Under the pieces are notes generated by a model. It was not told where the DNA came from and did not search any database. It worked only from the letters and a program-made list of their open reading frames with translations. Both the position numbers and the translations under genes were made by a program. Of a stretch of DNA of 64,000 nt, positions 53,154-64,000 are shown one piece after another. How positions within the stretch are numbered: position 1 is the stretch's first letter; each line of letters starts with the position of its first letter. Source of the stretch: the human T2T-CHM13v2.0 reference genome, Homo sapiens; NCBI RefSeq assembly GCF_009914755.1, contig NC_060925.1, one strand, 5' to 3'.

Positions 53154-53399
53154 AAAGGTGTTGAGCTGTTTTCTTTAAAAAGATTTCTAAAAACCATAAA
53201 AAAGAAGCTTAAGAGTATTCTTCACAACCACTACCAGGCTTGACCTTCCTGGAGTTTGCATAGCCAGGAGCAGGCACTGGCCTTTTCAGGGAGCTCGGAA
53301 AACCTGGATTTTTATGGCATCTCTTGCCGCACAGTTGGGCGTGCCTAGAATTTCACAGTGAAAGGAATCCAGGGCCCCTTGATAATACCCCTGGCCAAT

Positions 53400-54002
53400 C
53401 TGTGCTTGAGAAGCCGAGGGCAAACCTGAATAGGCTTGTCAAACCTTAGCCAGCTTTGCTTGCTTTTAGCTGTTTTTTTAAAAAGACTCTCTCCAACCTC
53501 ACTAGAGATAACACCTCTGACGTATGGATCACAATGTTAACGGTTGTCTAAGTTGTTTTTCAGGAATTTAGAGTCTGCTCCTGTCCAGTTCAAACTGAGT
53601 GAGACCACTGACCCTTCAACTGGACCTCCACAAATGATGGATGGGTAATGAGTCCTCTTTTGACGTCACAGGGCCAAGAGCTCCACCCTCAGGTCATGCT
53701 GATGCTGCCATTTTTTTCAGACTTTGTCCTATGAAGGGCCATGAAGCTTGACTACGCTTGTGCAGAAACTGATTGCCTCACTTCTCCTTACCCCCAATCA
53801 CCTTTCCCCATGCTTCAGACCACTCTGCTTCTCTATCCCATAAACAACCCTAAACCTCATCTTTGGGAAGGTGGATTTGAAACCTGTTTTCCTGTCTCCT
53901 CGCTTGGCTGCCACATGAATAAACCCTTTCTCTGCTGCAAAACTCATCGTCTCAGTGATTGGCATACTGCACGGTGGGCAAAACAGGCCTGGTTCGGTAA
54001 CA
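53400..54002 (+). mobile_element. ERV1-class solo LTR (family uncertain)
   Basis: CTCCACCCTCAGGTCATGCT..., AATAAA at about 53918, ends ...TGGTTCGGTAACA; 5' boundary approximate. Confidence 0.7.
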
Positions 54003-56571
54003 CCAGAATCTGGCCCATAATAGGAAGCCCACTAGGTCCCAAGGCATCTTACTGAATCTTTAAAAAGCACTGAATATGGATAGCTGGTATTGAATCAAAA
54101 TCTGCCTTCTCGGACCATCACTCACTGGCCCCGATTCTACTGGGACCTTTAACACCAGATCTGCTCCTTCTCATACACCGCAACCCTTAGAGATTTAGAG
54201 ATGGCCACTCCCACCTGCATGCCTCCAAATTCTGGTCTCTGAGCACTCTTTCTGGTCCTTTGTCTCTATAAACTGCACAATGGGGACAGAGCTTACTGCA
54301 CCTTATTTCTCTCTGGCAGAGCAGAGACTAATAAGGAGAAAGCATTAATATTTTTGCTGAAGAGCCCCTGACCCTCCTTAACCGCAGACCTCAGATCCAG
54401 GATCAGGGAGCAAAGTCACTTGTAGAAAAAGCCACCTTTTGCCAGATGAGTCAGGCTCAAAGGCTGTCTGCCCTCACACAGCCCCAGGGGGAGATTGATG
54501 CCTGCATTGATGGATCACTCCAATGTATTAGGTAGATAAAGAAATTGATTATTCCATAAATCATTGTCTCCATGAAAAAAAAACTCCAATTTTTTTAAAA
54601 AAGAAAATATTATAAATCTACCCAGGCCCCCAGGAGCAAAAGTACAGCCATTTCAATTTAATTGCCTGAGAGCCTCTTTGCTGCAACCCCAGAAATAAAA
54701 GCCCCCGAAGCGACTGACTTCCAAGCTAGATTTTCCCTCCCACCCTCCAAGAACAGCCATGTCCAGGAAAATCCACGGACGAGATGGATTTACACTGCAT
54801 CAGGAATGATCTGGGTTAGTCAGAAAGAAGAATTTCCTCACCAGAGGAGACAGACTATGTCCCTTGGAGACTTACAAATCGGGTACTAACCCCTTCCTTT
54901 AGCTTTCACCCCCTACTTACACATGCATCCATCCATCTAGAAAAGTTAAGGTTCAGTTCTGCTAAAAGACAGGGAACTGGCCAAAGTGAACCCTGGAGGG
55001 GGATAAATGTGACAGCTCAGGGGTGAAAGAACACTCTCAGAACAACGTAAGTGATAAACTGATTTAGAAGGGGCAAGGGCAGGAAGGAGGGCAGGAGTGA
55101 AGGGTGAAATGGAGATGCAGCCTCCCTGCCAACTCGACTGTGCGACTTTCAGTTCGTCTCTTCATCTCTCTGAGCCTCATTACTCCTCCCCAGGACTCCA
55201 GGGAATGAGGAAGATCCAAGTGCAAGACTCTGGTCTAAACTGTACATACTGAAATGTTCAAGGAACCACAGCTATTTCTAAAGGTCACCTAATTGGACCT
55301 ACCATGAGGACATTCAAATACCACCAAGCCCAGGAGTGCTGTTTCATTGCCCCCGCATCCTGGAGCCCCTGCAAATCCCCTGACCCTATGTACTCTGCAG
55401 TACACAGAGTGGGTGCTCCATAAATGTTTGGTGAATCAATGAGTCAGCCCAGAACCCATGTGAAAAAGACAGGAAATAAACACAAAATTACAAACAGCAT
55501 AAAAATAACCACAATTTCCAAAGCAGATTTTTCTGATTCTGCGAATCCCAGCAGGAGCATCAAAAAGCCCCAAATCCCCTCATACTGAGAAATCTTCAGC
55601 CAGAGCCCCTGAAGTAGCCCTCACTTTGTAGCTACCATAGCTCACTTCCTCCCTGACCATCTGGATTTTTCTATTTGCTGTGTGACGTCCAAGATGCCAT
55701 CTTACCTCTTAAATCCTTGGGGTCCATTTGCCTAAACCTCATTTCTTGTTCAGAGGCAAATTCCTCAGAGGCAAGTGAAACAATTCCTCTGACTCTATCA
55801 TTCTAACACTCTTCACCTTCTCTGGTCCTTTGAGCTCTAGTCCAGGTGTTCCCAGCCAACTCTCCATACCCCAGTGATGGATAAAAGTGCACCATTTTTC
55901 TGAGAAACACTGAGGTCACTCCTGGCACGACTTCTCTGTCTGGGAGAGGCTTTGTCAATGCCCACCCCCACCACAAGCCTTCCCAGACACATCCAGGTGG
56001 TAGAGCACCTGGAACCGCTGGGGTTGTTTAGGGAATGCCACCAAGCTGTGACACATTTAATTCCCATCACCTGAATGAGGAATAATTTTATTTACTAGCA
56101 GAAAATATGGCTCTATTATAGGTATGCAGGTCTCCACAACTCAGGAAATAATAACACACAAAATACTTTTAAGAAATCACATTTGGCAGGATAAAAATAC
56201 AGAACACAATCCTACTTACAAAATGCGATGTGAAAGATGAGGCTGACAAGCCGAACCAAGATGCTTGGTATCAGGTGTGACATTTGACAATGGAATGCTC
56301 ACTCGTTTTGTCATCTGCTGCTGCTCCCTAGCAGACAAGCCGTACAAGGCACCAAAGGTTAATGAACAATTTATGTGGAAAGGAAAAAAAAAAGGAGAAA
56401 ATTCCATCTATTACCTTGATTTTCTTTTACCATGCGTTATTCTATTTGAACAACAACAAATAACAGTTCTTACTAGCCTACCAGAGTTCTAAAGGAATAG
56501 CATTTGAAAAAAAAGAATGCCTGTTTAGCAAGACCTTACAATAACCCCACCACCCATACTAGAAAAGCCAG

Positions 56572-56585
56572 CATGCAGATGGCGC
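56572..56585 (+). promoter_or_regulatory. CTCF-like motif
   Basis: CATGCAGATGGCGC, 12/14 match to CCASYAGRKGGCRS. Confidence 0.35.
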
Positions 56586-56606
56586 CACCGGCTACCCCCG
56601 GCCCTG

Positions 56607-56627
56607 GCTGCTCTCCGTGGTGCTGAA
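56607..56627 (-). promoter_or_regulatory. RE1/NRSE (REST/NRSF binding site)
   Basis: minus strand TTCAGCACCACGGAGAGCAGC; first 14 nt identical to consensus, 18/21 overall. Confidence 0.85.
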
Positions 56628-56831
56628 CACAGAGGTTGGGGTGTCTCTCAATCTCCCTGGCTCTTGCTGAACCACACGGTGCATCTGTTATTTATGACTT
56701 CTTCTAAACACATATGAATCCAATTTGTATTTCTCTCGCAGTGTGGAAGAGTGTTTCACAGGTTGGTTTTTCCACATTGGAAAAGTCTAGGCTCTTTTGC
56801 TCTCTTAAGACTGCAAATGTAAAACTTCAAA

Positions 56832-56838
<7 letters not shown>

Positions 56839-56869
<31 letters not shown>

Positions 56870-56897
56870 TGTGAGAGAGAGAGAGAGAGAGAGAGAG
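56839..56897 (+). repeat. compound (GT)n-(GA)n microsatellite
   Basis: GT run followed by GA run. Confidence 0.95.
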
Positions 56898-58499
56898 AAT
56901 AGGAGCGTAGATCAGGTTTTCTTAATAGGATGAGGGTCAGAGGACCCATACAGTTGTCTGTTTTTTTCCCATGGCTCACCAAGGGACATGACACAAGTCA
57001 TTTTCTCTTTTCTGTCTTCAGCATCCCAACCCGTGAAAGAAAAAAAAATGGGGACAGGTAGTGCTCCTGTAGCCCCAGCATTTGGGGTGCCTCCATTTGT
57101 GTTCTGGTTCTTCCATGGGCTCGGAGACCACCAAACAAGATTACCTTGCTGGCCTGGCTTCCTCAAGTGCTGAAAGATTTCCTGGATCCAGAAGGAAGAC
57201 GCAAGGCTCTGCTTCTCTTGCAAGAAGACAGGGATTCAATTTCTTTGCTCAACTCTCCCCCAGCCCACAGTCCCCATAGACCAGCCATAATTCAGCTAAA
57301 CCTGAGAGTTCACCCATATTTTATTTACTGATTCAATGTTACGAGACAAGTAAAATAGACGGCTGTCACCTCTATTAAACTGGGCAGGAAAAATGGTCAT
57401 GTAGGCAACAGGTTCTTTCTGCTCATGATGTGTCATGTTTCCCCAGGGAGGGAAGCAAGAAAAGGAGGGGCCTGGCCTCAGGGGAGAGCTCAGTTCTGTT
57501 GTGTTCAGGAGGGGAAGCTCAGGGCTCCATTGCAAACCTGCCCCATCCTCACTCTCAGTCACATTGGTACAGTAGACAGATCAGCCCAGTCAGTCAGGAA
57601 CTGGGACCAGCCTTTAAGTCCTCAGTTTCCCCACTGATACAAAGGAAAGTCACTACTCACTCATCAGGCTTGGGATAAAGAAAGACTGTTGAGCCCCAGT
57701 TTGAGAAGTCTGTGCTAGAGAAGCAAACTTCCATATGGTCATCTCCTGCAAGGACACAAAAACATGTGCACACACTCACTTTCCTCAGAACCTGGTGTGG
57801 AGGATGCATATATTCCCAGGGCTAAATGGCCTCCGTTGACTGTCTATACAGCCTGAATCTCCAGGTTAACTGTCAACACCTCTGCTTTACACCAAGCTGT
57901 CATGTTGACCAGTTGTCTACATACCCTTGCAGGAGCCAGTGATGTGGTAAAGACAGAGACCTGACCTATGATGGGCAGCAGAGCAATGGCCCAGCCACAT
58001 TTCTGCCTCACAGCTGTCCTGAGTGCTCAGCCTATTAACGACAGCACAGCAGAGGTTCTCTTCCTTGGTTCAGCTCCCAGAAAGAGCAGCCGAGATGCTG
58101 ACGGACAAGTGGGAAGGAGAGAGGGGTGAGGTCAGAAAAGGCAGGAGGACTGTGATCTCTCCTCCAGTCTCTTCTTTAAGAAGACAGTTTGTCTCTCTCA
58201 AGAAATTCATCATGATAGGAACAAGACAATGAATGTAAAGTCCAATCCTAGGCTTGAGAAAGAAGGGCTCACTCCCACAAATATTCCAGCTCTGCCCAAA
58301 AGACTAAATCTAAAAGGTCCTGGCACAGAAAAAGTTGCAGAACTGGTGTGTCAGAAGACCACCATAGACAGCATGAGCATCTTGACTTCGTGGAAGAATC
58401 TAACAACATCCTTCATAAAATCCTCATTGACAAAATGGAAAAAGTGTTGAGCTGCATGCCAGGGCAGTTAGGTGGACTTATATTCAAATGACCATATTC

Positions 58500-59290
<791 letters not shown>

Positions 59291-60074
59291 AGCTCGTTAA
59301 AGTGTAGGATAGTGGATCCAAGACCATTTGAATAAAGCCATCAGACTCTGACATTGCTCATTTCCTTTTTAATGTGTTTATGGCAGACCTGGCTGAAGGG
59401 AGGGAGGATATGTTTATCCCAGGCTCAGATGGCAGGAAGCATGCGAGACATCAGAATGGGAATCCCCAAAAGCTTCACTATTCAGAACAGTGATTCCCAA
59501 CCCCAACCATACTATAGGCTAATAACCACTTAACCTCTCTAACACAGACCCCAGGAGGGAGGCAGTGGTTAGAAGAGGGTGTAATCCATACCTGCTTTCC
59601 AAGCATGGAGACATGGTAATAGGCTCTGGTGGTCCAGAAACAATGAGTAAGAATAACTGCCTGAAGGTTCAATGATAGAACTTACTGGGAGATAAATGAT
59701 AGGTTCTGCCTTTAGGCTCAAAATATCAACTACTAAAGGGAGGATAAGAAAAGTTATAGATCAGCAGCAATACTTGTGGAAAAGATCTCATGTATCTCAT
59801 GAGAACAACAGCTTAGGATAAATCAACAGACTGAAATGGCTGCTAAAAAGCCTGAAACAATCTGGGGTTGTATAACTAGACACCAAAGCTGAGATCTGAG
59901 GAGGTGATGATCTTACTGGTTTCAATAAATAAGTAGCACTGTGGTCATCTTTTGATGCCATGCTGGAGGAATTAAGCCTCTTTAGTCTGAAGAAATAAAT
60001 GCCTTTGTGTTTCTGCAGAGCTCTAGTGTAGGACAGGGAACAAACTCAAGCCAGAGTCAGTGGGCATGGTGATC

Positions 60075-60850
<776 letters not shown>

Positions 60851-61033
60851 GAACTGCAGGGAGACACATGTTAGCTTTTTAGAGGAAAATTTGCAACAAA
60901 GATTAGCATGGGCAAAACATCTGCAGTAAAGCATGGATGGGGCCTACAATTGGTGAGCTTCCCATTACAGGTGGCATTCAATCAGAGACTGGCTATCCAC
61001 CTGTATGTAGTGGGGTCCTCCATTGACCTAGAA

Positions 61034-61221
61034 CAGCAGTTCTTAAAGTGTGGCTCCCAGATGAGCGGCATCATCATGATCTGGGAAACTGTTAAAAAGG
61101 CAAGCACTCAGGCCTCACCCCACACCCACGGAATCAGAAGCTCTGCGGATGGGGCCCAGCAATCTGCATCTTAATGAGTGCTTTGGGTGATTCTGGCACA
61201 TGCTAATATTTGAGAACCAGA
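61034..61221 (+). mobile_element. MER5A (hAT-Charlie)
   Basis: CAGCAGTTCTTAAAGTGTGG...GAATCAGAAGCTCTGCGGATGGGGCCCAGCAATCTG...TTTGAGAACCA. Confidence 0.85.
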
Positions 61222-62279
61222 GGCCTAGAATGACCCCCGGGGTCTTTTCAGCCTAGATTATTTGATTCTTCACCATAGACAGGAAATGTGATGCCTGGAG
61301 CCCTGGAAAGTCCTTGGCTCCCCGCTCCTGCTTTTCCGCCCAATTGGGCAGCTTTTTGGAATAGCATATTTCAGTTCTGCAAAGCAGATGCAGAAAGGCT
61401 TTGCAGAAGTCTCCCTCATTCCCATATTTAAAGAGCTCATCCCTGCAGTTGTTCTGAGAACTCTATAAACCCCCTTCCATCGGCAGCCTGTCTGCATCAG
61501 TCCCTTTAATAGCACAAGACTTAATTGTCTCCTATGAATTGGAACCCTTTTAATACAAACCAGAATCTTAGTTCCTTCTTGCTGCTTTTCCCTGCTCTGC
61601 TATCCTTAACTACCATTCAGCATGGCACCAAAGAATTTGGAGTTGAAACCACCACTCCCCCAGGATCTCACTCCATTTCATCATCTCCGATCTGTATGAT
61701 CACCATGGGGACTCTCTCCTCCCTGCCTTTTGCCTCTGTCCTCATTACCTGCTGTCTTCTAGGAGAGCTAAAGTGTCTATCCCCTAGGGCCTCTAGCCTC
61801 AGACCCTCTCCAGTCTCCAGTGGCCTGCCCAGGAGGTGAGATTGTACTCCCCATCTGAGAAGGGCTGATCAAGACTCTCTGGACCAGCCCCTTAAGAACA
61901 TCCCATAACCAGGGTCTTCCCAGCTCTGAACATATGCAAAATGCATTTTAATCAAAATGCTGCAAAATCAGGGAAGAACAAGCACCCCATAAATAATGGG
62001 CCAGGCGGTGTCTGGGAGCTGACATTATGAGCATCCAAGAAAGGGTACCTCTGTTGCTCCCTATCACAGTGAATAATTGGTACAGACTGCTAGGCCCACC
62101 AACTCCAGTGCAGGGCCCATGGGTATGTGAGCGATGGGCATATGCCACATACAAGGCTGCATGGAGTATGGGGCACTAGGGGTTAGCACAAAGCCAAGGG
62201 CACATGAGATGCAGACAGCCTCAGAGCTCAGAGTCGGTGGAGATGTGGCCCCACCCTTGGGGAACTCTCTTTTTTCTCC

Positions 62280-62520
62280 TAAAATTTATTAAGCATCGGG
62301 CACTATGCAAAGAGCTTTACGTACTTTATCTCCTTTAATCCTCACAATAACGCTATGCAGACAATACTGTAAGGGTCAACCACAAGATTTTTGTAGGTCA
62401 ACAATAGCTGCACGTGGTTCAACCTAACGTTAATACTTCTATTTTATAGATGAGGAAATGGAAGCTCAGAGGTGCGGTGACTTCCCCAAGGTCACACAGC
62501 AAGTACACATTGGACTCACG
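62280..62520 (-). mobile_element. MIR SINE
   Basis: TTTAATCCTCACAATAAC...GATGAGGAAATGGAAGCTCAGAGG...CCCAAGGTCACACAGC. Confidence 0.7.
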
Positions 62521-62629
62521 TTCAAAAATAGATCCACCACATTTCATCAGACCCAAGACATGCCATTCTTTCTTGGAGTGCCAAGAAAGAAAAAATTCTG
62601 CAAGTAAACTTAGACATGACATGTGAGAC

Positions 62630-62695
62630 ACGAGCTGATGTCAGAGATATGAAAATGTGAAAAAAAAATCCCATCTTAGAATCAATGAAATATAT
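62630..62695 (-). mobile_element. MER104-like TcMar relic end
   Basis: TCAGAGATATGAAAATGTGAAAAAA...CATCTTAGAATCAATGAAATA. Confidence 0.45.
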
Positions 62696-64000
62696 TATTG
62701 ACTCCAAAAAAAATCATTCTGTTTCTTGGAAGTGATGGGGGAGAGATGGCCTGAGACACCCTTGGGTAGCTCCTTGTCTAGTGGGGGAGGCACAATGCAC
62801 ATGCATTAGAGAAAGCCTAGATACCGACTCACCCCCAGAAAACCATGGCCAAGGTCAATACTGTTAGTAAACAAGGCATAAAGGTCAAAGGAAGCAAGGA
62901 GAAGGACCTGGGCAGCTGAGCTGTGACTAGGGAGAGGCAGTGTGGACCCTGGAGGCGATTTCCAAAGGAAATAAAACAAAGGAAGGAAGGGCAGACGGCT
63001 CTAGGGGCATGGCTGCTATGAAATGTGGCTATGAGAAACAAAAGAAAATCTGAACAACCTGTTGTCCTCAAACCCAGTCCCCTGGCCCTCAATTTGGTCT
63101 GATCTCTCCAAATCATGCTCAATTAGGATTTGTCTCTGGAGCACAAAGATAAGTGGGAGGAAAAGCATACTCCAGAAGCAAATTCAGATGCTGGGTCAGG
63201 GCCAGGATTTAAGGAGGCACCCCCTCTCATGGTCAGTCATGCAAGCAAAGGGTCCTCATTTGAGGGCCTCCTTAGAGTCAGCTCCCTGGAGGTCTCCCTA
63301 GCATCACCCTACACCCAGCCCTGTGCACAGACTCCTCCAAGGGCAAAAAGAAACGCTCAACTGTGGACAGCATGTAAGCTCTTTTGAAAAGACGTCACAC
63401 GTATTTAACCCAATGGGCAGTATCATCCCCATTTTACAGATGGGGAAATGGAGGCCCTGCAAAGTAACATAACCCTTCTGACCATGCCTGTCTCAAATCT
63501 GTCACCTTTGTAGTGACTTTGGGCAGTGCAGCTTCCCCTCACTTCCAGACAGCTCAGTCCCTGGCAGCCACCATTATCCCAGGCTCCCCTGGCCCCATGG
63601 GAGAAGGAATACTGCAGACAGAGAAGGGTAAGTCTGGGTTTGCCTTTGCTCTTGTAGACGGAATGGTGGATTAGGAAGACTCTTGCATCCAGGTCCCCAT
63701 GCCCAACCCACGGTGTCTGTGACACAGCAACACATGTTCCAGGACCCAGAGGCAGCAGGCCCAATTTAGAAGGTCAGGATGTGACTCTTGCTTAAAAATA
63801 AAACGACCATAAAAACCTATTAGCCTTGAAGGGATGTTGGCAAGAAGGAACAGGACTAAGGAAGGAAAACGGGAAGTGAGGGAAGGAAGGAATAACAAAG
63901 ACAGCTAATTCTCCAACCACCTTCTCTTTCCAGGTCCCTGGGTGAGGAGGATGGAGGTGAAGGAGACACAGACACGAGGCCCTTGGGTTTCCTCAAGGCT

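Overview
Human non-coding genomic DNA (intronic or intergenic); the species call rests on a diagnostic human-specific AluYb8. I see no credible protein-coding gene, RNA gene or CRISPR array: the ORF track is explained by Alus, microsatellites and chance. The window is dense in ancient MIR, L2 and CR1/L3 relics, with about 12 Alu or Alu-monomer insertions, several MaLR/ERVL/ERV1 solo LTRs and small DNA-transposon relics (MADE1, MER20, MER5A). The most informative signals are regulatory: (i) two near-consensus REST/NRSF RE1 silencers (2236-2256 +, 56607-56627 -), the second next to a CTCF-like motif; (ii) a unique AT-rich block with two SOX-OCT composite sites (about 13.8-14.1 kb); (iii) several HOX/PBX-motif-rich unique blocks; (iv) a near-perfect 3x46-bp triplication carrying a canonical Pol III B-box in each copy. 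Together these suggest the regulatory domain of a neural or developmental gene (inference; I cannot identify the gene). I found no new protein-based system. Repeat family names come from recalled consensus sequences, and the boundaries of old repeats are approximate.
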